Source: an uncultured Spirochaetaceae bacterium (lineage in GTDB: Bacteria; Spirochaetota; Spirochaetia; Sphaerochaetales; Sphaerochaetaceae). From it: a stretch of 64,000 nucleotides of DNA. A program made the position numbers and the translations under genes. The stretch covers positions 4,267-68,266 of the forward strand of contig CALXMP010000010.1 in NCBI GenBank assembly GCA_944389505.1. The letters run 5' to 3'. This document shows, in pieces, positions 27,998 to 37,080 of this stretch. Position 1 is the first letter of the stretch. Every line of letters begins with the position of its first letter. Below the pieces are notes generated by a model. The model saw only the letters and a program-made list of their open reading frames with translations, searched no databases and was not told where the DNA came from.

Positions 27998-28690
27998 ATG
28001 GCAATAACAGTAATATCGGCTGGTGGTTCGATAATAGTACCGGACAGACCCGACTCAGGATTTCTCTTGCTCTTCAGGGATAGCATGAAAGAGTACCTCT
28101 CACGCCATGAAGACGATAAGCTTATATTCGTAATAGGCGGCGGAGCAACCGCAAGGATATATCAGGAAGCGCTCAGGGCATCGCTGGATGATGCAGATCC
28201 GGACATGCTCGACTGGATAGGAATACGGACAACACACCTTAATGCAACGCTCGTCAAAGCAGCATTCTCTTCCCTCGCTCCCGATGATATTGTTACGGAC
28301 CCAACTGCAGAAGATCTGAGGTTTACAGGCAGAGTCCTCATCGCCGGTGGATGGAAGCCCGGTTTCTCAACAGATACCGATGCTGTCTATCTTGCCAAGA
28401 GATTCGGAGCGCAGCGTGTCATAAACCTCTCGAACATAAAGAAGGTCTACACGGATGACCCGAGGAAGAATCCCGATGCAAAGCCGATTGATTCCATTTC
28501 ATGGAAAGAATTCAGGAAAATTGTCGGGGATGAATGGGTTCCAGGAAAGAACACTCCATTCGATCCGATTGCATCCAAGCTTGCTGATGAAAGCTCCATT
28601 CAGGTCATATGCGCAGATGGACGCAATATAGAGAACACAATCGCAGTACTCGAAGGGAAGCCATTCGAAGGGACTATCATCGGTGCTTAA
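27998..28690 (+). CDS. Amino-acid-kinase-fold protein resembling archaeal-type UMP kinase
   Basis: ITVISAGGS, VIGGGATAR, AGGWKPGFSTDTDA and YTDDPRKNPDA motifs. GGAGGA precedes the ATG at 27998. Confidence 0.7.
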   Translation: MAITVISAGGSIIVPDRPDSGFLLLFRDSMKEYLSRHEDDKLIFVIGGGATARIYQEALRASLDDADPDMLDWIGIRTTHLNATLVKAAFSSLAPDDIVTDPTAEDLRFTGRVLIAGGWKPGFSTDTDAVYLAKRFGAQRVINLSNIKKVYTDDPRKNPDAKPIDSISWKEFRKIVGDEWVPGKNTPFDPIASKLADESSIQVICADGRNIENTIAVLEGKPFEGTIIGA

Positions 28691-29609
28691 TTGACAGGAA
28701 TACAGGATCAGGGTCGGAAAATGGCTCGGGGAATGGGATATCCTTCCTGAAGTCAGGTATCCAGAGGATATCATCATCGCTCTGATCCTGCATGAATCCA
28801 TCCTCTATCCCCAGGTCCTCCATCAGATACACGAGGCTATCATACTCATCTTCCGTGAGCTTCGGGAAATCGACATCCCCAAGCGGCGGAACGAACTGAG
28901 TCATGAGGGAAAGGAAGAAACTATCCTTATAGTGCTTTGCGAAGTACCTAAGGAAATCATAGGTGCTCTCAAGCTCCCCTGGGAAGACAAGATGGCGCAG
29001 GAGCGTACCCTTGAGGTGTGGGATGTCCGTATACGGATGGCGCTTCTTTATCCAGTCCATCACAGGTATTATCGCATCGGCATAACGCGGAGTACGACAG
29101 AATGCCTTTGCAGTTGAATGGGAGAGCGTCTTGCAGTCAAGAAGATAGAGATCGATATACGGATCAATAAGCTCAAGGCCATGGATGCTCTCGAATCCGG
29201 AGCTGTTCCAGACCACAGGGAGCGAGAAGCCCTCCTTCCTCGCCATCTCAAGCGAATTGATTATGGAAGGAATGAAGTGCGTGCCGGTGACAAGATTCAG
29301 GCTATGTGCCCCGATTGACTCCAGCGACAGCATTATGCTGGCCATATCGGAGTCTGAAACAGTGATACCATAGTTCTCCCCATCGCTTCCTGATATCTGC
29401 CGATTCTGGCAGAACTGGCAATGAAGCGGACAGCCGGTGAAGAATATCATTCCGGAACCTTTCTCCCCTGATACAGGAGGCTCCTCTCCACGGTGAAGGC
29501 CTGCCCATGCAATCCTTGTATCGCTTCCCTGGCGGCATACGCCTGTAGCATTGTATCGATCGATACGGCAATCATTCGGACATAGTCTGCAGCACTTATA
29601 CTCATCCAT
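28677..29609 (-). CDS. Radical SAM protein of the PflX-like (pyruvate-formate-lyase-activase-related) family
   Basis: CRLCPNDC N-terminal cluster, HRGEEPPVSG, and the CPLHCQFCQN CxxxCxxC motif. Confidence 0.85.
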   Translation of the reverse strand: MDEYKCCRLCPNDCRIDRYNATGVCRQGSDTRIAWAGLHRGEEPPVSGEKGSGMIFFTGCPLHCQFCQNRQISGSDGENYGITVSDSDMASIMLSLESIGAHSLNLVTGTHFIPSIINSLEMARKEGFSLPVVWNSSGFESIHGLELIDPYIDLYLLDCKTLSHSTAKAFCRTPRYADAIIPVMDWIKKRHPYTDIPHLKGTLLRHLVFPGELESTYDFLRYFAKHYKDSFFLSLMTQFVPPLGDVDFPKLTEDEYDSLVYLMEDLGIEDGFMQDQSDDDILWIPDFRKDIPFPEPFSDPDPVFLSIKHR

Positions 29610-29644
29610 AACGAAGACTATACCCTTTTACCTTCTGCTTGGAA

Positions 29645-30814
29645 ATGATTATCTTTCAAGACATGGGACTGTTCCGCAGAGACGAGAGAAAGAAGGAGAT
29701 ACGCTATATCCTCTCCATTGATGGAGGAGGAATACGGGGAATCATACCGGGATACATATTAGGTATGATGAATCAGATCATCAGAGAGAGCGGTACAGAC
29801 CGCCCTCTGTACTCCTGCTTTGACCTCGCGATAGGTACCAGCACAGGAGCGCTCCTGGCATTCGCACTTACGGCAGATCCTGAGAATACTGCACTATCAA
29901 GAGAGGAAGGGAAGCCCTTTCCTGCCATGAAGGCGGAAACGCGGGGAATCATAAGAAGACGCACGGTATATACGGAAATGGGTGTCCTTGACCGTGGTAC
30001 CGATCCGATGACGCTGGAAGATCTTTACATAAGCCACCGCAGTGAGATATTCCCGCAGAGGAATACCGTAAAGAGCATTCTCTATCCGCTCTTTCAGGAT
30101 AAATACAGCGCAGAGGCAATCGAGGGATTTCTGGACAGGATGATAGGAGACAAGGAACTATCCGATACATTCATCCCGACAGCAGCTGTAAGCTACTCGC
30201 TTGATATGGGCGGCATATATCTTCTCCGAAGCTGGGAGAGCCATGGCCTATTAATGAAACAGGCGCTCAGGGCAACAACCGCAGCCCCAATGTATTTCCC
30301 TTCTGCGCATATCAAGGAGAAGGATACAGGAGCTGAGCATACGCTCGCAGATGGAGGTCTTGCGGCTAATAACCCCGCGCTCTGGGGCTACATGGAAGCG
30401 AGGAAGCTCTATCCCGATGCCGATGAGTTCAGGATTCTGAGTCTCTCAACATGCAAGATGCAGTACAGCTCACAGCTTTCAGGCGCACAGGGCGGACTTG
30501 CCGCATGGGCAAAGGAATACACGAAGATTGCCGATGATGCACAGCTCTGTACCGTAGATAGCATGCTTGAAGCGATTCCCGGCGTGAAATATACGAGGAT
30601 ATGGGCACCTGTACTGACAGAGAGGATAAAGCTTGATGCAACCGCTGAGCCTTCCATCGGCCAGCTTCAGAAAGCCGCAAGGGAAGCATACTCAATCGAG
30701 GAAGGAAAGATACGCGGATTCATCAGCGACATGCTTGAGGAGGAGATACACAGCTCTGTAAGAATCAGAGAGAGGAAACGGCTTCCAGGACCTTCTCAGG
30801 CAATGCTCCCCTGA
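29645..30814 (+). CDS. Patatin-like phospholipase
   Basis: DGGGIRG oxyanion motif, GTSTGA nucleophile elbow and DGGLAANNP catalytic Asp. The start is uncertain (29639 TTG, 29645 or 29663). Confidence 0.85.
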   Translation: MIIFQDMGLFRRDERKKEIRYILSIDGGGIRGIIPGYILGMMNQIIRESGTDRPLYSCFDLAIGTSTGALLAFALTADPENTALSREEGKPFPAMKAETRGIIRRRTVYTEMGVLDRGTDPMTLEDLYISHRSEIFPQRNTVKSILYPLFQDKYSAEAIEGFLDRMIGDKELSDTFIPTAAVSYSLDMGGIYLLRSWESHGLLMKQALRATTAAPMYFPSAHIKEKDTGAEHTLADGGLAANNPALWGYMEARKLYPDADEFRILSLSTCKMQYSSQLSGAQGGLAAWAKEYTKIADDAQLCTVDSMLEAIPGVKYTRIWAPVLTERIKLDATAEPSIGQLQKAAREAYSIEEGKIRGFISDMLEEEIHSSVRIRERKRLPGPSQAMLP

Positions 30815-31334
30815 TCTCTTTCAGCCTCTTACGGTAATCACCAAGCGCAGGCTTTTCCCCAACTATATCGGTGATGGCCTTAACTGCAATGCACGGAATG
30901 GATGCAAGGTATGCGGAATATGCAACACCATATGCCTCCATATCAGCAGCGGAGGCATGGAATGGCAGGTAGCGGGTCTTATCTGAAGCGAAGACCGCGG
31001 ACGAAGCAAGGATATGCTCGGACGATGATGCAAGGCGTATGCTGGAGAATGTCCTCCTGTCCGGAGCAAGCGATGTCCCGAGAAGGAGGTGGTATGCGCT
31101 GAGATCCATATCAGCATAGACTACAGACCCGAAAGAGACGCAGTCTCCCATCTCAAGCGGGCCAAGGCTTCCGGCACTGCCAGCTGATACAACGACATCG
31201 GGATGGTATTCGGCAATGGCCGCAGCAGAGGCGGCAGCTGCAAATACAGGACCGATACCTGATACAACCCCTATGAATCTATCATCGAAAGCCGCAAGCT
31301 CAGCCCTGTCGGATACAACGACCAGAATCTTCAA
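30765..31334 (-). CDS. Short nucleoside phosphorylase-I family protein (MTA/SAH-nucleosidase-like or futalosine-hydrolase-like)
   Basis: SAGSAGSLG and DMEAYGVAY motifs. At 189 aa it is shorter than the 232-aa E. coli MtnN. Confidence 0.65.
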   Translation of the reverse strand: MKILVVVSDRAELAAFDDRFIGVVSGIGPVFAAAASAAAIAEYHPDVVVSAGSAGSLGPLEMGDCVSFGSVVYADMDLSAYHLLLGTSLAPDRRTFSSIRLASSSEHILASSAVFASDKTRYLPFHASAADMEAYGVAYSAYLASIPCIAVKAITDIVGEKPALGDYRKRLKEIRGALPEKVLEAVSSL

Positions 31335-32149
31335 AGCATCCTCCGCGACATCTCTTTCAGAGCAGGATAGAGCTCGATGCCTAACCGCCTCTCACGGCCA
31401 GATTTCAGGCTTTCCTCTATCGCCCTGCAGGCAATCTCCTCAGCATGGAGCGCAGAGCCAAAGAAGCTATCGCCGCGGAGCGTCAGCCCATAGAGGACGG
31501 AAGCGAAGAGATCTCCAGCTCCGGGGAATGAGACACCAAGATCCTCATAGCTGAAAAGCCTGATCTCTTTCCCTTTCCATGCGGCATTGCCAAGCCCTCC
31601 GGAGACAAGCGGAATCGATGTGATGACACCCTTTTCCGGACCGAATGACCTAAGTACATCGATCAGATCATGGATATCCCTCTGTCCGAGCTTCCGTATT
31701 CCATCATCGAGACCTGTGAGCATCATGGCCTCCGTCAGATTCGGCGTTATGATATCAGCGCGTTTGACGAGGCGGATCATCTGCTGTGGAAGATCATTGG
31801 AAAGAGAGGGATAGAGCTTCCCATCATCACCCATCACCGGATCTACAAGAACAGGTCCCGATGATGAATCAATTGCCCTTATTGCGATATCGATGCGGCG
31901 GCTATCCCCAAGATACCCTGTATAGACACCATCGAATGAAATACCAAGACGATTGTATGCCGACAGGATATGCTCCATTCCCTCTGTGTTATCAACAGCC
32001 GCTATATCATCAAAACCATCGGTCTGCGTGGAGAGTATGGAGACGGGGAGGACTGCCGTCTCTATGCCCAAAGCCTCCAGCACCGGAATCACCACAGTGA
32101 GGGAGGACTTTGAATAGCAGGAAAGATCGTGTATCGCGAGAATGGCCAT
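31331..32149 (-). CDS. pdxK: Pyridoxal/pyridoxamine kinase
   Basis: Ribokinase-like fold with PNLTEA and GAGDLFAS motifs. Start overlaps the upstream stop. Confidence 0.85.
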   Translation of the reverse strand: MAILAIHDLSCYSKSSLTVVIPVLEALGIETAVLPVSILSTQTDGFDDIAAVDNTEGMEHILSAYNRLGISFDGVYTGYLGDSRRIDIAIRAIDSSSGPVLVDPVMGDDGKLYPSLSNDLPQQMIRLVKRADIITPNLTEAMMLTGLDDGIRKLGQRDIHDLIDVLRSFGPEKGVITSIPLVSGGLGNAAWKGKEIRLFSYEDLGVSFPGAGDLFASVLYGLTLRGDSFFGSALHAEEIACRAIEESLKSGRERRLGIELYPALKEMSRRML

Positions 32150-33438
32150 CAGACGGAAAGCCCTGCAATAGCAGCACCGAGGACCGGGGATGAATCGCAG
32201 CTGACGATGCTGAAATAGCGTCCGTGCTTCTTCTCGAGGATAAGATCGAGATACTGCCTTGTATAGAACTCAAGGAATTCCGTCTTATAGAACGTTGTGC
32301 CATCGGCATTGATTACAGCAGGATACCTGGGCTCTGTGCCGCCGCCTGAGCGTATAACAGCAGCAGCGAGATTTATAGCCGTGAGCTTTCCAGCCCTCTC
32401 GATTATCGCCTTGAGAATCCTGTAAAGCGCAGTGGCATCATCCTCAAGCCCGTCTACGCACTTCACGAGGTCATAATCCATATTATGGCACATCTCAAGG
32501 TAGTGGCTCATTCTGGTCGTATTGAGCTTCTCGATGCCATGATAGCGCTCGGAAAAAGATGCGGAGAGGACTCCTTCCTCGATAGCCTTCTCTATGACAG
32601 CCGCGGAGAAGAGTCCAAGATACGCTCCTGATATCATCTTCTCAAACCAGTATGAACCAGGATCCTTCGTCGATGCGATGAATTCCTTATCGATATCGCC
32701 AAGGGAGAAAGCAAAGCCGCCGGACTCTACATTCACAATCTGGCGCTCACTGCCCTTTCCTCCTATCTTTGCGATATTCCCATTCTCCTCAGCATATGCG
32801 GTATTCGTACCCGTTCCGAGAATGAATCCTATATATGACGATGCATTCTCAGGATAAGCAGCCTTAGCTGCAAGGAGTGTTGCAACGGTATCATTAACGA
32901 TAGATACCTTCTTCTGTGAGACATCGTGGCCACGCCTGCCAAGCTCCGCAAGAAGCTCCTTTCCAAGTCTTTTCCCGAGCACCTCCGGAGCCTTGATCTC
33001 CTTTGAAAATATGAGAGGAATACCATCATGGTCCTCGGTTATTGAGGCTGCATAGGAGAAGCAGAACCCAATCCTGTCGCTCTTATCGATAAGACGCTCC
33101 GTATTATCCGCAAGAATAGAGAAGAACTCCGCAGCGCTCACTTCCCTATCAGAGCCTGGCATCGGGACCTTCCTGAAATCGGTAATCTCAGGCTTTCCCT
33201 GCCTGAATGTCACAAGGCATGTACGGAAATTCGTTCCGCCCGCATCAAGGACAATAACGCTCTTGCCATCCTCAATCAGGGCATCGGTTCCGATATACGT
33301 GGGAATCATCTGAAGGGAACTGTCCTTTCCATCCAGGCCTTTGTCCATCTCGCTCATGAAGAACGACAGTACTTTATCATCTTCGATTTCCGCTGCATTG
33401 AGCATGTGGCGCTCAAGAAATGCGCTGCATTTGTCCAT
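32149..33438 (-). CDS. Hexokinase (eukaryote-type hexokinase family)
   Basis: LDAGGTNFR phosphate-1 motif, two-domain length of 429 aa, GGAGGAG before the ATG at 33438. Confidence 0.85.
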   Translation of the reverse strand: MDKCSAFLERHMLNAAEIEDDKVLSFFMSEMDKGLDGKDSSLQMIPTYIGTDALIEDGKSVIVLDAGGTNFRTCLVTFRQGKPEITDFRKVPMPGSDREVSAAEFFSILADNTERLIDKSDRIGFCFSYAASITEDHDGIPLIFSKEIKAPEVLGKRLGKELLAELGRRGHDVSQKKVSIVNDTVATLLAAKAAYPENASSYIGFILGTGTNTAYAEENGNIAKIGGKGSERQIVNVESGGFAFSLGDIDKEFIASTKDPGSYWFEKMISGAYLGLFSAAVIEKAIEEGVLSASFSERYHGIEKLNTTRMSHYLEMCHNMDYDLVKCVDGLEDDATALYRILKAIIERAGKLTAINLAAAVIRSGGGTEPRYPAVINADGTTFYKTEFLEFYTRQYLDLILEKKHGRYFSIVSCDSSPVLGAAIAGLSV

Positions 33439-34066
33439 ATTCTCCTCCGATCATCGCTATGGTGAATACAAGAGGATCAACCTCTGTCGCAACACCATCG
33501 ATCATTATAGTACTTCCAGGGGCGATGGAAACAGTGCGTCCTTCCCCGCCTGTAAGAATAATATCACCTTCAAGGATCACACCATCCCCTGCAAGATTTC
33601 CCGTCACAATCAGCGAGATAGCAAGGGATACGCTAGCTCCTGTCAGATCACTCCTGTCATCAAAATACTCAGGATCCTTCTCCGAAAGCCAGGTAAAGCG
33701 CACAGTGCCATCAACAATCAGATCCTCCGCATTGATCTGCGATGAGAAGACGTGCTCCAGAATATGCTCAGGCATCAGAAGCCTGAATAATGCCTCAGCC
33801 TTCGACCCCGATGAGAAGAACTGGAACGACATCGGATACGTAGAGATGTCAGAACGGGAGAACGAAATCATCGAAGGAAATACTCCCAGCCCACCTGAAT
33901 AGCTTACTCCCTGCAATGCAGGACGGCCTGCCGAGACATATGATGCAAAAGCCGCAGCTGTAGCGGCATATGCCCCCTCTGCGGCAATCGCTGGCTCTGC
34001 CGCAAGCGGAAAAAGCGACAAAGCGACTATAACAGCGGATAGTACTTTAAGAAGCTTTCTGAGCAT
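33413..34066 (-). CDS. Hypothetical secreted protein
   Basis: ATG at 34066 gives MLRKLLKVLSAVIVALSLFPLAAEP, a signal peptide. No family recognised. Confidence 0.5.
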   Translation of the reverse strand: MLRKLLKVLSAVIVALSLFPLAAEPAIAAEGAYAATAAAFASYVSAGRPALQGVSYSGGLGVFPSMISFSRSDISTYPMSFQFFSSGSKAEALFRLLMPEHILEHVFSSQINAEDLIVDGTVRFTWLSEKDPEYFDDRSDLTGASVSLAISLIVTGNLAGDGVILEGDIILTGGEGRTVSIAPGSTIMIDGVATEVDPLVFTIAMIGGEYGQMQRIS

Positions 34067-34166
34067 AGTATGGATTTTAGCAATCCGTAAGCATGGATTC
34101 AAGGAAATTCCAAATACGCCGCCAAACACAGCAAAAGCTGAATGCAAAAACAGACATAAATGAGAA

Positions 34167-35552
34167 TCACCTATACATCTCATCTAGGGTTATGAGTCTT
34201 ATATCATCAGCAGGCTTCAGTTCTTCAGAGAATCCCGATTTAGAGAACATCCAGTAATATCTCTTTCGGATCAAACACATCGCATCGCCATATTCCTTCA
34301 TCAGATCAAGCTCCTCAGGATCCATTTTCCTGTTCCTGTATTTGCAGGAAGCGATTATGCCTTCATCTGGATTCTCTGCTGATAACGCGACGATATCGAT
34401 CTCTGCCTCTTTGCCTGTCTTCGGATTTCCTCCCCACCAGCGCCCTATTTCCTTTATCAGAAATGGCACATCGGCATATTTCAGAACATAATCATATGCC
34501 ATCCGCTCAAAGACGAATCCCATATACTCAGATAGCCTAGGGACTATTATCTTATCGTAAAGCTCTGCTCCTTTACGGGACGCCACGACCGATGAAAAGC
34601 GGTAAACGAATCTATACCAGAACATCAGGAAGAAATCATCAAGACGGTACAGCGTCTTTCTTGAGGAGGAACTACCCACAGGGCACTCCTTTCTGATGAA
34701 CCCGAGATTCATCAGCGCTTTCATATATGCATTGCAGGCTCCTGTCTCTATTCCGACCTTTGACGCTATCTCAGAAAGCCGTGTATTGCCTTCCGCTATC
34801 GCAGTAAGGATCGAATCATATAGATGCGAATCCTTCAGCTCCTCTCGCAGAAGGAAGGATGGCTCTGCATATAACAGCCCATTTGAGCTGAGTATGGATT
34901 TCACGGTAGCATCCTTGATGGACGAGCACCCAAGGAAACATTCCATATAATATGGAACTCCCCCGGTTATGCCATAAATCAGGGCCTTATCTTCTGAAGA
35001 ATAGGAAGGAAACCATTCAGCAGTCTCACGATAATCAAAGGGAACAAGCTTTATCTGCCCTGTCCGACGGCCATATACAGGACTCTTCTCTGATAGCACC
35101 CCTTCTTCCATGAAGCTGATCGAGGAACCGCTGAGTATTATAAAGAGCCCAGCATTCTTTGCTTCATAATCGAGGAAATGCTGAAGTACAGACATAGCAG
35201 AAGGAATGGATTCAGCAAGGTATGGAAGCTCATCGATGCAGAATACAAAGCGTTTTCCATCCGCGAGGCTGCATACAGCATTAAGAGCAGACCTGAGATC
35301 GGAGAATGAGAATGAGATATCATTATCCAACCCATATTTATACTCCATTACCACCCTGGATAATTCAGCAAGATTATCCTGTGCATTTCCCTTTACCGCA
35401 CTGAATATTATTGAAGGCTTATCTTTACAGAATTCATTTATAAGAGCAGTCTTTCCTACCCGGCGCCTGCCATACAGTATTATGCATTCAGCTTTATTAT
35501 CCTCATATCTTTCATTCAGGAATGCCAATTCACCCTTTCGGCCTATGAACAT
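34167..35552 (-). CDS. ATP-binding protein of the archaeal-ATPase / DUF234 type
   Basis: Walker A GRRRVGKT, Walker B FVFCIDE, C-terminal DUF234-like region. GGGAGG lies 5 nt before the ATG. Confidence 0.8.
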   Translation of the reverse strand: MFIGRKGELAFLNERYEDNKAECIILYGRRRVGKTALINEFCKDKPSIIFSAVKGNAQDNLAELSRVVMEYKYGLDNDISFSFSDLRSALNAVCSLADGKRFVFCIDELPYLAESIPSAMSVLQHFLDYEAKNAGLFIILSGSSISFMEEGVLSEKSPVYGRRTGQIKLVPFDYRETAEWFPSYSSEDKALIYGITGGVPYYMECFLGCSSIKDATVKSILSSNGLLYAEPSFLLREELKDSHLYDSILTAIAEGNTRLSEIASKVGIETGACNAYMKALMNLGFIRKECPVGSSSSRKTLYRLDDFFLMFWYRFVYRFSSVVASRKGAELYDKIIVPRLSEYMGFVFERMAYDYVLKYADVPFLIKEIGRWWGGNPKTGKEAEIDIVALSAENPDEGIIASCKYRNRKMDPEELDLMKEYGDAMCLIRKRYYWMFSKSGFSEELKPADDIRLITLDEMYR

Positions 35553-35571
35553 ATGTTCCTCCCAAATTTAG

Positions 35572-35610
35572 TATAATTGATTTTACTAAAATTGAAACTA
35601 CTAAAATTGA
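35572..35610. repeat. Direct repeats TACTAAAATTGA x2 plus a degenerate third copy
   Basis: Exact 12-mers at 35584-35595 and 35599-35610 (15-bp period), plus TATAATTGA at 35572-35580. They lie 20-58 nt upstream of the ATPase ATG. Confidence 0.8.
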
Positions 35611-35658
35611 TTATACCAAATCATGAGGAGATGCAGGCTTTTAGGCTGAAAGCTTTCA

Positions 35659-36939
35659 TTATCTATGCTTAGAGGCAAAAGCTTCAGCTTCCTCCCTAGC
35701 CTTCCTGTCATCGACTTTCCTCAGGAGGACGAAGCCCAGCACAAAGAGGATTATCAGGGAAAGAATTCCATACCTCTGCTCTCCCGTTATGACGGACATG
35801 ATGCCGACAAGCACAGGACCGACAATAGCAGCGAACTTGCCAAGCATATTGAAGAAGCCATAGAACTGGGAGGAATGACCTTCAGGGATAAGGCGTGAGA
35901 AATAGGATCTTGAAAGCGCCTGGATACCGCCCTGGAAGAGCCCGATGCAGACAGCGAGAAGATAGAAATGGATCTCCTTGGTCATGAAGAATCCCAGGAT
36001 CGCTATCACGATATATGCCCCGATAGCAGTAAGAAGAGCCTTCCTAACCCCGCATTTCCTGCCGAACATTCCATAAAGGATAGCTGATGGGAATGCAACA
36101 AACTGCGTTATGAGAAGAGCCACGATGAGGCTTGATGATGAGAATCCGAGCGATGTGCCGTAATCGGTTGCCATTCTGATGATCGTATCAACGCCATCGA
36201 TATAACACCAGTATGCGACAAGGAACATCGCAGCATTCCTGAGACTGCCAAGCGCTGAGAGCGTACTGGCTATATCAGAAAAACCCTCCCGGACCGCACG
36301 CCCAAGCGTTATTCTCTCCCCCTGCGGCTCCTCAACAAAGAATGCAAGAGGAAGCGTGAATACGACCCACCATATACCTACCATTATGTAGGAAGTCTTG
36401 ACGGCAGCCACCCCATCAGCCAGTCCAAACACCTGAGGGAAGAGATACATGACCACATTAACGAGGAAAAGAAGCCCTCCGCCTATGTACCCAAGGGCGT
36501 AGCCCAGGGACGAGACCGCATCAATCTTCTTCTCCGATGCTATCGATGGCAGAAGCGAGTCATAGAGCGTCGTTGAACCAGAGAATCCGATGTTCGCAAA
36601 GATGTACAGGAGAATCGCTACAGGCCACATTCCCATCTGGACAAATGCCAGGGAGAATGTCATTGCGGCTCCCAGAAACGCAAAGAGAATCAAAAGCTTC
36701 TTGCGGTAGCTTCCTTTATCAGCGATTGCTCCGATGACAGGAGCAATGACAGCGAGAATCACCGAGGCAAGCGAATTGCCAAGCCCCAGATAGAACGTGC
36801 TGGTTGTGCTCTGCGCTCCATAAGACCAATACTGGGAAAAGAATATCGGAAAGAATGCAGCCATAACTGTTGTCGCGAATGAGCTGTTTGCCCAGTCATA
36901 CAATGCCCATGATAGTATTTCTTTCTTTGAATCCTGCAT
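35659..36939 (-). CDS. MFS transporter (UMF1/Atg22-like)
   Basis: ATG at 36939 gives MQDSKKEILSWALYDWANSSFATT, the typical UMF1 N-terminus. 12 transmembrane segments. Confidence 0.85.
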   Translation of the reverse strand: MQDSKKEILSWALYDWANSSFATTVMAAFFPIFFSQYWSYGAQSTTSTFYLGLGNSLASVILAVIAPVIGAIADKGSYRKKLLILFAFLGAAMTFSLAFVQMGMWPVAILLYIFANIGFSGSTTLYDSLLPSIASEKKIDAVSSLGYALGYIGGGLLFLVNVVMYLFPQVFGLADGVAAVKTSYIMVGIWWVVFTLPLAFFVEEPQGERITLGRAVREGFSDIASTLSALGSLRNAAMFLVAYWCYIDGVDTIIRMATDYGTSLGFSSSSLIVALLITQFVAFPSAILYGMFGRKCGVRKALLTAIGAYIVIAILGFFMTKEIHFYLLAVCIGLFQGGIQALSRSYFSRLIPEGHSSQFYGFFNMLGKFAAIVGPVLVGIMSVITGEQRYGILSLIILFVLGFVLLRKVDDRKAREEAEAFASKHR

Positions 36940-37080
36940 ATTCCGCAATTCTCCCTTAGTGCTGTGAACTCCTGATTGCCAGGATGTTAACAGCTCAACA
37001 ATACAGCAAAACAGCAAAAGACAACAGAGACCTTTTCCCTTATTAGCCGGGGTGCTATATTCATAGTATAGGAGAATATT

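Noticed and set aside
29645-30814. Patatin as the effector of a CBASS-like or other defence system.
   Set aside because: No cyclase, E1/E2, sensor NTPase or other partner is adjacent. The neighbours are metabolic genes in convergent or divergent orientation.
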